Positions 1 to 8,083 of a stretch of 20,000 nucleotides of DNA are shown in pieces. Source of the stretch: Rozella allomycis CSF55 (lineage: Eukaryota); contig KE561184.1 in NCBI GenBank assembly GCA_000442015.1, forward strand, positions 49,804-69,803, read 5' to 3'. Made by a program: the position numbers and the translations under genes. Each line of letters begins with the position of its first letter. Position 1 is the stretch's first letter. The notes under the pieces are model-generated. The model made no database searches and was not told the DNA's origin. It saw only the letters and a list, made by a program, of their open reading frames with translations.

Positions 1-186
1 CTATTATAACATCCAAGAAGTAAATACTTTTCCAATTGTAGAACGGAAACTATCCTTTTCAATTAGTAATCGGGCATTAGCCAATAAGTCTTCCCATTCA
101 TTAAATGTAGCTGGTAAACGAGGTAAACATTCATCGGGTAAAAATCCGGTCACTTCATTTATATCATACTCTTTCAATTCTTTCAT
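1..186 (-). CDS. BNA2: Indoleamine 2,3-dioxygenase family protein, first exon (gene runs off the window start)
   Basis: MKELKEYDINEVTGFLPDECLPRLPATFNEWEDL matches the IDO N-terminal pattern (Y.I....GFLP..PL..LP..F..WE); probable GTATTT donor after ...STIGK. Confidence 0.75.
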
Positions 187-237
187 GAAAAGAAAATTGT
201 GTAAATTTCAAAAATGAAAAAATTAAGTAATTAAGAA

Positions 238-454
238 TGTTAATTCGAGACCAACCTCCGACCTCGCATTTAACAGCTGATACTGATGAAAGCAGATCAG
301 ATATCCGATGAAGTGGAGATTTATATAAACTACTAGTGGAAACACAATCACTGATTCACTATCATGTTAACATGTTTATTGTGACCATTATTTAACCTCG
401 TTCCAAAATATGTGCCCTTTCATCAGTACCAAATTCGGAAAATTAGGAAATGCG
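238..454 (-). other. Unidentified structured element, candidate ncRNA or structured 5' leader
   Basis: Nested inverted repeats 278-292/417-431 (15 bp) and 265-271/448-454 (7 bp), plus hairpin 238-275. Mismatches become G-U pairs on the minus strand. Confidence 0.35.
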
Positions 455-544
455 TCTAAGCCACAGGGGGACATAAAAAGGCGAAAAAAATCCCAACCCC
501 TGCAAAATAACACGAAGGTAAGTACAATGCCCTTTTGTACGATT

Positions 545-615
545 CTTTCTGATGACCATACATAGACATCGGACTAGAGTATATGAATATCCTGATTAGT
601 CTTGTTGGCTGAAAC
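545..615 (+). ncRNA. snR78: Box C/D snoRNA, snR78 homologue (LSU Um2421 equivalent)
   Basis: Box C CTGATGA 549-555; guide TCGGACTAGAGT 569-580 antisense to LSU ACUCUAGUCCGA; D' ATGA 583-586 (+5 rule gives the U of GACU); box D CTGA 609-612. Confidence 0.85.
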
Positions 616-687
616 TTACATTTTATACAAACAACTTTAAGCAGTATCTAACTTTAGGTAATTACCATTACATTTTGCCTAAACTTT

Positions 688-761
688 TTTCATGATGAAA
701 AGAATTACCGACAGACTAAAACATGGTTGATATTATCGGCTGCAATTTTTTGCTCTGAAAC
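688..761 (+). ncRNA. snR77: Box C/D snoRNA, snR77 homologue (SSU Um578 equivalent)
   Basis: Box C ATGATGA 692-698; guide GAATTACCG 702-710 antisense to SSU CGGUAAUUC; D' CAGA 712-715 (+5 rule gives the U of GGU); box D CTGA 755-758. Confidence 0.8.
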
Positions 762-860
762 TATCTTTTCTAATTTTGTTTGTTGAACAAAACTAATGTT
801 AGGCAATTTTCATAAACTGTTTATCATTATATTAAGGTAAGAATAACTTCTAATATTTTA

Positions 861-938
861 CCTTCTTTATGATTAAACTGATGACGAGTCCGAAATCGTG
901 ACGATTTAGTTTAATTTGGCAAAATTCTATATGAGAGG
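861..938 (+). ncRNA. snR75: Box C/D snoRNA, snR75/U15 homologue (LSU Gm2288 equivalent)
   Basis: Box C ATGATTA 869-875; guide GATGACGAG 880-888 antisense to LSU CUCGUCAUC; D' CCGA 890-893; C' GTGACGA 898-904; D ATGA 931-934; terminal CCTT/GAGG pairing. Confidence 0.8.
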
Positions 939-1011
939 ATTTTCTATATATATTTAATTTTCTGAACTTTTCTAACTTTAGGTTTTAAATTAAATTTTCT
1001 TTATCTTTTTT

Positions 1012-1074
1012 GGTCAATGATGTTTTTTGACAAGCATATGGCTGATATCGTGATGCCAACTTTCAACTGAGACC
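1012..1074 (+). ncRNA. snR74: Box C/D snoRNA, snR74/U27 homologue (SSU Am28 equivalent)
   Basis: Terminal stem GGTC/GACC; box C ATGATGT 1017-1023; guide GACAAGCATATG 1029-1040 antisense to SSU CAUAUGCUUGUC; D' CTGA 1042-1045 (+5 rule gives A28); box D CTGA 1067-1070. Confidence 0.9.
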
Positions 1075-1118
1075 ATTTTGCACAATAATTGGTAAGTATT
1101 TTAATATGTTACTTCTTT

Positions 1119-1199
1119 GGGCACATGATGATTTATTTTCACGACGGTCTTCTTAGAGTTAGCCTTGCTGAAATCGCCTGAAGGCAATATCTGATGTCT
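1119..1199 (+). ncRNA. snR73: Box C/D snoRNA, snR73/U35 homologue (LSU Cm2959 equivalent)
   Basis: Stem GGGCA/TGTCT; box C ATGATGA 1125-1131; guide TCACGACGGTCT 1139-1150 antisense to LSU AGACCGUCGUGA; D'-like CTTA 1152-1155; box D CTGA 1191-1194. Confidence 0.88.
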
Positions 1200-1338
1200 T
1201 CTTTGAATTAATTTAATAGTTTTCTATTCTCACTCTAGGTTTTGTTATAATACATTCTGAATAAAAGTTCTTTTAGATCATTGAAATTCTTCTTTATATA
1301 CTTTGATTATTGTTTTTTTTTAAATATATCAACATTTT

Positions 1339-1745
1339 TTATTGATTAATTAAATTTTCTGAGTTGATCAAGGCTATGACCTGATTCTGCGACAAATTTC
1401 TTTTGAAAGCTTCATGAATATAGTACAAAATTCGTTTTCCACGAAGGTTCATGAAATCTTCCGTGTCAAGAAGAAACAAGTACAATGCCCGCGAGTTAGG
1501 AATTTCTGGGAAGAATGTAGACCAAATTCTTTTTGAAAAAGATTCGCAATCAAAAAATCTATGAAACACTGTTTCTTCTTTAACTTGACATTTTGGACAC
1601 ATAGCAGAAACATCACTAAACCTTGCGAATCGTTTATTAGTTAAATAAACACCATGGTAAATTTTCCATAATAACTGAGAGTAATACGATTATACCGTTC
1701 TCCTTGACAGCTGAAAAGTCGAGTTTTTTAAGTTGATAAAAAGTT
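1339..1745 (-). mobile_element. 3' remnant of an L1/Tx1-type LINE (zf-RVT region), copy 1
   Basis: Frame reads LLWKIYHGVYLTNKRF...CPKC...ETVFHRFFDC (CCHC zinc finger C-terminal to RT); in-frame stop upstream; A-rich tail; related copies at ~5530-5900 and ~6220-6390. Confidence 0.75.
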
Positions 1746-1840
1746 GATGCGTACCTCACTTTTTTTAAAAATATTCTGTCTTAAACAGAGTTTACTTTGA
1801 TTTGATGCTACAATAGAGAAATAACGAAATGCATTTTTAT

Positions 1841-3304
1841 TTAAGCGTTGGTTGAGCATTTAAAAATATTGAAACCATTCAACGCGGTACTAATTATCAC
1901 ATTGGGGAGTTGTCGGTGCCAGTGAAGCTCTTTAATATTATCTTGCCCTTGATGAATGAAGAGAAGCTGTGGAGGAATATCTTTCATAGAGTCATGAGCT
2001 ACCTCAATATCTTCTTCAAGGGAAAAGTCCCAAAGAGTCAATTGATCGTCGGCACCTGAAACGGCTAAAACTGTTTCATCAGTTGGATGCCATTCGATAG
2101 AGGTAATTGGACTCTTGTGCCATGAGAATGATGCAACGGGGTCGAAAGCATTCATAGAAAAATGTCTTAGGTCAAAAATCGAAAATTTTCCGTCGTCAAA
2201 TCCTGAAGCCAAAAGATAATCTTCTTTTGAATTCCATGAAATAACATTAACGTCAACAGAAGAAACCGGTGCAGTTAAGATGCATGCGTTTTTCGATCTA
2301 ACATCCCAAAGTTTTATTGTTCCATCAGTGGAACAAGACGCAAAGACATCATTTTCTTTTGGTGACCACTGTAAATCTTCAATAGACCCACCATGCCCTT
2401 TGAATTGATCCGGATTTGCTACTTGATCCGGTGAAACATTTGTCATACATATTACACCGTTGACATCTCCTGAGAGTAATCTTAGTTTATAATTAACATA
2501 TTGCAATACCTTCCAGGCACCCTTACACTCCAATCTAATGCAAATCCTTCTCCTTTGTGCCCTTTTATAACTCCAAAATTTGATGGTGTTTTATTCATAT
2601 TATCCTTGGTTGGATTTTCAAGGGATTCCATAGCCTCAGCAATATTGAATAATCTAACTTTTCCATCATCTGTCCAAGCAGAAACAATTCTGTGCTCATT
2701 CGTTGACTGAGGCATTGCCTATTCTAATTGTATGTCGTTATTACTCTAACACGATTTACGCCAGCATTTAATGATGCAGTTCTCACAGATAATATTGGCT
2801 CACCATTATTTTCTTCTTCATCATCATCTGATTCTTCGTCGCTGTCATCATCGTATTTTGTCTTGCACAGGTTTGATAACTTGGCGACATATAACTTATT
2901 GTCACATGCGTTCGAAGCCTGAGAGCCTGCTACAATAGTTGCACTCATGGGAAACTATTGAAATGAAAAATTAAAACTTACTAAAACTCTATTTTCTCCG
3001 AGTGAGTCACTGACTATATCAAAACTAAGGCAAGGCCATTCTGGTGTTAGCTCATGGTACATTTCGTATGCTGAAGAGTCAAAAGTTAATTCTTCTCCTT
3101 CTTCTAATTTATCTCCAGGTAAATAAACCTTTTATTTTTATACATATGTAATACTTTTGTCTCTTCATCGGCATTTTCAATATCCATGTTGGCCTCATGT
3201 ACTTCGTGATCAGATTCAACTATTTCTTCTATTTCACTGTCAGAAAATTCCTCTAAATCCATCTCATCAAAAGAGGGTGTATTATCGTCCTCTCTTCTCT
3301 TCAT
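1841..3304 (-). CDS. RRB1: Ribosome assembly WD40 protein RRB1/GRWD1 (multi-exon)
   Basis: Acidic N-terminus, then FDSSAYEMYH...WPCLSFD, GVNRVR, EGFALDW, SIEDLQWSP and IPPQLLFIHQGQ..IKELHWH motifs across consecutive exons. Confidence 0.93.
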
Positions 3305-3361
3305 AAATATTTTATGGTGGCTTGGCAGAAAACGATTTTATAATAAAAACAACGCAATGAG

Positions 3362-3852
3362 TCATTTATTATAATGTGTACATATTTCCTTGATTTTTGA
3401 ATCGTGTTTGACAATTAAATCTTTCAATTCAGAAATCTCTGCTTGCAATCTATTCATTTGACTTTCAAGAGTTTCAATTGATTCATCGACAAACTCTTTC
3501 CGATCTCGAACTTTACCCTTATTTCTTGTAGATTCTAAAACCACTACTAATCCAGCAACTGAAAATATTATAAACTCTCCAATAAAATTGGCTATTCAAC
3601 TCTTTACAAAAAATGTATTTTACCGCCAACATTTATTGCCCTTTCTTCATCAAGTGGCCTAATTCTTTCAGGTGCCTTATCATGCAATTTGCTTCTCATC
3701 CTTGCCTCCATTTGATGATAGGATTCGGCTACTTGAATGCATGCACTGCGGAATGCAGGTCTTCGTTTTGCTTCTGATTTCATGAAGCTAGCTATAGGTT
3801 TCGAAATAGTTCTTAGGAATAAATATCCCAACTTTACCAAAGGAATCGACAT
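3362..3852 (-). CDS. OPA3: OPA3-like protein (2 exons)
   Basis: KLGYLFLRTISKPIA and IRPLDEERAI..G motifs, followed by ANFIGE..IFSVAG after a short intron and a C-terminal coiled coil. Confidence 0.9.
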
Positions 3853-4111
3853 TAAAGATGCTAACGCAGAAAGCTAAACAAATAGAAATATTTAACTTTA
3901 CTTTGGAATATGTTCTTTACATGTTCTAATGACAAAAAATGATTACAATATTCACGACAGGACCGGACTCAAGTTCAAAAAAATTACAAAACGTGAACTG
4001 ATTTTGCAGTAAAAATAAATAATTTGATGGGAATGGACTAAATACTAACATAGTCTTTAAGGAAGAATTTGTTCAAAGTTTCGAAGCTTACCCTTGTTTG
4101 TAGATTATTTA

Positions 4112-5287
4112 ATGGATAAAAGAAAAGCTGAAATGCAAGTATCCATTGATGTTAAAAAGCCAAAAGTGGCCGAAACCTCTATAGTGAAAACCTTTAACTC
4201 GAAAGGCAAGCAGATACAAAGTATTCAAGTGAAACGAACGTCAGGCCTGAAATCGCCTATAATGTTATTAACGGGACACGAGTCTGATATTTTAACAACC
4301 AGATTTAGCCCATGTGGGAATTATTTAGCTTCTGGATCATTTGATAAAACAATATGTAAGCATTTTATCATTTCCAGAATAGTTTTGTGGAATGTTTATG
4401 GGGAATGTACAAATTTTAACGTTATGAGAGGACAAAACGGTGCTATTTTAGAATTAGACTGGTCTCCAAATTCAGAGTAATGCATCTGTCTAGACATTAA
4501 CAGGCGTATCTTTACGGCGTGTTCTGACAAGACTGTTGGTATTTACGACGTTATTGTGGGAAAAAATATCCGAAAGCTAAAAGGACATCAGAATATTATA
4601 AATTCTGTGAATTGTTTAAGACGTGAACCTCACTTGATTGTGTCTGGAAGCGACGACAAAATGATTAACGTAAGGGTTGTTGTTTCATATTTTCAGATAT
4701 GGGATCAAAGGCAAAAAGAACCGGTTAGTACTTTTACGCAAAGATTTCAAATCACTAGTGTTTCTTTTGGCCAAGTCGGAGATCTTGTGTTTGCGGGGTC
4801 TTTGGATAACGATATTACGGCTTGGGATATTCGTAATCAAAACATTTCATACAAGTTGAACGGTCATATTGATACAATTACTGGCCTAAGACTCAGCCCT
4901 GATGGTATGAATATTCTTTCCGCTTCCATGGATCATTCAGTTCGATTGTGGGATGTGAAGCCCTACGCCTCTGGAAATAGATGCCTAAAAATATTCGAAG
5001 GCGCACCTCATGGACACGAAAAAAATCTTATTAGACCTTCATGGTCTCATGATGCCCAAAGAGTTGCATGTGGAAGTGCCGATAGAACGGTTCTTGTTTG
5101 GGACGTTCCATCACGCAAAATTTTGTACAAACTTCCAGGTCATAAAGGATGCGTAAATGAAGTTGATTTTCATCCAGAAGAACCAATAAGTAACTCATCG
5201 TGTTTATACTAACTAGTCGCGTCATGTAGCGCAGATCGGCAAATATTCTTGGGAGAGATAGAACCATCTTATTCAGAATCGTACTAA
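4112..5287 (+). CDS. SNRNP40: U5 snRNP 40 kDa WD40 protein (SNRNP40/Spf38), multi-exon
   Basis: RTSGLKSPIMLLTGH, LWNVYGEC.N, GAPHGHEKNL, ILYKLPGHKGCVNEVDFHP and IFLGEI motifs. Confidence 0.93.
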
Positions 5288-5530
5288 TAAATTCGAAATA
5301 AATCTAACAACATTCCATTTTTATTGCCAATAAAAGCTTGTTTACTATTTAATATTTATCAATGTTAGGTTTAAAAAGTCAGGAAGAGGACCCTACGACC
5401 AAAAAAATCGACAATGTTTTAAAATATTTGCAGTGCATAGAAGAAAAGGACAATAACTCACTTTCGACTCTACAAAGAATGGGGCCCGACATATTGCATG
5501 AGAGTCAAATAGGTACAATAACTCTATACG

Positions 5531-5900
5531 ATGACCTGATTCTCCGACAAATGTCTCTTGAAGGCTTCATGAATATAGAATAAGATTCGTTTTCCACTAA
5601 ATTTCATGAAATCTTCCTTGTCGAAAAGAAACAAGTAAAGTGCCTGTGAATTTGGAATTACACGGAAAAATGTTAATTTTGAAAAAAAATTCCCAATCGA
5701 AAAACCTACGGAACATTGTTTCTTCTTTAACTTGGACATTTTGAACCCATTCACTAAACCTTGCGAATCTTTTATTAAATATTAGTTAAATATTTAAAAT
5801 ACTCCAGTCTCTATGATAAATTTTTCATAATAACTGAGAGTAATAAGAATCGGTCCCGCTCTCCCAAGTTCCTTCCCTGATTTTTCTTGAAGTTGATAAA
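5531..5900 (-). mobile_element. Degenerate L1/Tx1-type LINE 3' remnant, copy 2
   Basis: Nucleotide blocks shared with 1375-1740 (atgacctgatt, cttcatgaatatag, tttcttctttaactt, cactaaaccttgcgaatc, taactgagagtaata); frameshifted. Confidence 0.75.
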
Positions 5901-5917
5901 ACTACAAACATATTTAA

Positions 5918-5999
5918 TTTAAATGTTTATGCCAGTCTTCTCAAAATCATGGATGCAATCCTTTTTGCTAAAGTTAACATTAATGTGAGCCTGTGGTAT
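5918..5999 (-). repeat. 3' terminal fragment of the CRE-like retroelement also seen at 19761-20000
   Basis: ttatgccagtcttctcaaaatcatggatgcaatcctttttgctaa is near-identical to 19761-19805; encodes LAKRIASMILRRLA*. Confidence 0.7.
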
Positions 6000-6220
6000 G
6001 AATTATCATATATGCATTCTTTCTGCTATTTAAAGAACACAACACATCACATACTTAGAAGGTCGAAGAGGTTTCTGAGTCCTCCATCCATTCCGACGAT
6101 GTAAAGAGCCGTCATTTTCATCACACCCATTAACAGAAAAGGTAGCCCGCAGCGGAAATGGCCGACCGAATGGAACAAACAGTCCAACAAACATCGCAAA
6201 ACCTGTAAAGGCAAGTGATC

Positions 6221-6390
6221 ATTGGGAGAGCGGGACCAATTCTTATTACTTTCAGTTATTATGGAGAAATTATCATGGAGCGTATCCGCAAGGTTTAGTA
6301 ATGTTTCTGCAATGTGTTCAAAATGCAAGTTAAAGAAGAAACAGTGTTCCATAGGTTTTTAGATTGAAAATTGCAAATCTTTAAAAAGAA
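6221..6390 (+). mobile_element. Degenerate L1/Tx1-type LINE remnant, copy 3 (inverted relative to copy 2)
   Basis: ttgggagagcgggacc...cagttattatgg...cgcaaggtttagt...gttaaagaagaaacagtgttccatagg corresponds to the reverse complement of copies 1 and 2. Confidence 0.75.
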
Positions 6391-6412
6391 GAGACGATAA
6401 TAGTAAGTATGN

Positions 6413-7183
6413 AAGAAAAAAAAGAAGTTTGGGAATTATTGGATTGGCACTGATAGGTCGACATCACTTCAAGAATACCTCAGGGGTCATGAACAATCTA
6501 CGCTGTTGGAGATCTTTACGCTTTTGTATGATGGAGATGGCCTTGATATTTGTCTGGATAACACACAAGTTGATTATCAAGACGAATGGAAGACGCCAGA
6601 GATACTGACATTTCTCGTAATGACTGGTTATCTCACCTACCGCCATAATGAAGTCATTATTCCAAACACTGAAGTTAGAAATCATTGGAATAAGCAAATA
6701 CGCCCTTTGTTTAATGCCGCTGTTAACGAAATGTATGGAAATCAAGTTAGAGCTTTATTTGCTCCTCAAGGTGAATTCAATCATCAAGACTGTCTAGATT
6801 TTATGCAAGACATTTTACTCAATGCCTCTAGTCAAGATTTGGCAAGACTTCAGTATCCAGAAGCACCTTATCATTGTTTTTACTTTGGGATATTTCTTGG
6901 TTGTCTGCATGATGGATCTTTGGTTAAGGTTACTTCGAACAAGGAGGCAGCTCTTGGGCGCTACGATATTAGAATCCAATTTGTGAAATTTAGAAGGGCT
7001 TTTATCTTTGAGTTCAAGGTTGATCGATCAGTCAACAACACTGAACAAGATCCAAACCTGGCTCTCCAGCAAATTCATAACAGACAGTATTACCACGATC
7101 TTCATGGTTACTCTGTACATTTGATTGGCGTTGCGTTCCACAAGAAGCATGTTGTTTTATCACACGAATTGATTAATGTGTAA
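6413..7183 (+). CDS. Bacterial-type AAA-ATPase-like protein with C-terminal PD-(D/E)XK nuclease (PDDEXK_9-like); 5' partial at an assembly gap
   Basis: Frame is open from the N at 6412: FGNYWIGT, LVMTGYLT, IPNTEVR, EAPYH, SNKEAALGRYDI, IFEFK, ALQQIHNRQY, IGVAF; no introns. Confidence 0.85.
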   Translation, partial: KKKKKFGNYWIGTDRSTSLQEYLRGHEQSTLLEIFTLLYDGDGLDICLDNTQVDYQDEWKTPEILTFLVMTGYLTYRHNEVIIPNTEVRNHWNKQIRPLFNAAVNEMYGNQVRALFAPQGEFNHQDCLDFMQDILLNASSQDLARLQYPEAPYHCFYFGIFLGCLHDGSLVKVTSNKEAALGRYDIRIQFVKFRRAFIFEFKVDRSVNNTEQDPNLALQQIHNRQYYHDLHGYSVHLIGVAFHKKHVVLSHELINV

Positions 7184-7282
7184 TAAAAGTGTTTGTTAGC
7201 TAATATAATATCTTTATTTCCAAGTATCAATGCTACTATTTTTAGTGACTCAGATGTCTTGTTGTTAGCAACGCCCACATAT

Positions 7283-7657
7283 ATGCCAGAAAACGGAACT
7301 TTATACGAAGAAATTGGAGGCGCTGAAACGGTATCAGCCGTTGTAGATTACTTTTATTCCTTACTCATCAAAGACAAAAGAGTGAAAAAGTACTTTGAAT
7401 CAATCGATTTGGATCGTTTGAAGATCATGCAGAAATCATTCATTTCCAGTGTCTGCGGAGGTCCTGCATACAACGGCCAGAGTATGCGTTCAGCTCACAA
7501 GAGATTATTGGATTTGGAAAACAAACATTTCGACGCCATCTTGGAAAACTTGGAAACCGCCATGAAGAAGGCAGCCAAAAAGACAATCTCTGAAGAGAAT
7601 AGAAAGAAGATCCTCGCTGTTGCAGAAACAACCAGAAAAGATGTGCTCGGAAAATAA
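7283..7657 (+). CDS. Group 1 truncated (2/2) haemoglobin, GlbN-like
   Basis: TLYEEIGG, VVDYFY, D.RV..YF, Q..F....GGP.YNG..MR.AH and HFDA motifs; likely ATG at 7283. Confidence 0.93.
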   Translation: MPENGTLYEEIGGAETVSAVVDYFYSLLIKDKRVKKYFESIDLDRLKIMQKSFISSVCGGPAYNGQSMRSAHKRLLDLENKHFDAILENLETAMKKAAKKTISEENRKKILAVAETTRKDVLGK

Positions 7658-7711
7658 ATTTCTTTACACTTTCCAATTTTATTTACATTGTAAGATTCTA
7701 TAAAAAGGTAA

Positions 7712-8083
7712 TTATGCATCGTCTTGAAATACTCTATCTTCAGCGAGAAATATGGACTTGTTTGCATTATCTAGATAGCCTAATGGTCCAATTTCACACT
7801 CTGCGCAGATCAAAAATCGAAAATCATTTCCAAAGGAATCCATTTGAGTAGGTTTAGTAACTCCAATGTTATCAAACGTGTATATATTTGACAAAAACCA
7901 TCCACGTGAAGATATTTTCTCAGATTTGGATGTCATTTCCGGTAACTTGATCTACTCGAAAACTGAATTTCATGTTACCGTTAAATTTGTTTTTAATTCT
8001 GCTGAATTCTTTTTAAGTATAAGAGTACGACATTTTTCATTTACACATCGTATATTATTCGGATTTAAATTCGTTTCTGTCAT
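7712..8083 (-). CDS. Mss4/RABIF guanine nucleotide exchange factor (exons 8083-7979, 7951-7712)
   Basis: N...IRC...C in exon 1; 27-nt GT-AG intron 7952-7978; FDNIGVT and FLICAECEIGPLG in exon 2. Confidence 0.9.

Larger units (their letters stand above)
500..1270 (+). ncRNA. Non-coding, spliced snoRNA host gene (ends approximate)
   Basis: Donors GTAAGT 518, GTAATT 658, GTAAGA 837, GTAAGT 1092. Branch/acceptors CTAAC..AG 657, CTAAT..AG 802, CTAAC..AG 981, CTCAC..AG 1238. Introns are 140-147 nt, each holding a C/D snoRNA. No ORF >=60 aa; AATAAA at 1260-1265. Confidence 0.8.

Noticed and set aside
238-500. Telomerase RNA, RNase MRP, SRP RNA or snR30 as the identity of the structured element
   Set aside because: No TTAGGG-type template, no paired P4 consensus halves, no SRP helix-8 motif and no snR30 m2 motif were found
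514-524. Minus-strand GTACTTACCTT resembling the U1 snRNA 5' end
   Set aside because: It is the complement of the 518 donor site; no U1 stem-loops or AUUGCAC loop follow
872-915. Hammerhead ribozyme-like CTGATGA...GAAA with hairpin
   Set aside because: Stem II is absent and stem I does not register after the cleavage triplet; the sequence is fully explained as the snR75 guide, D' and C' boxes
1056-1066. Second (box D) guide CCAACTTTC in snR74, antisense to SSU GAAAGUUGG
   Set aside because: Only 9 nt, and the +5 position is not a methylation site I know; cannot be supported without the native rRNA
5362-5583. 73-aa plus-strand ORF
   Set aside because: No recognisable motif, and its 3' end runs antisense into LINE remnant copy 2
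6047-6352. 101-aa minus-strand ORF
   Set aside because: Partly antisense to LINE copy 3; no motif and no supporting signals
7193-7282. N-terminal extension of the globin from a TTG start
   Set aside because: In a eukaryotic context the ATG at 7283 directly precedes the conserved LYE.IGG motif
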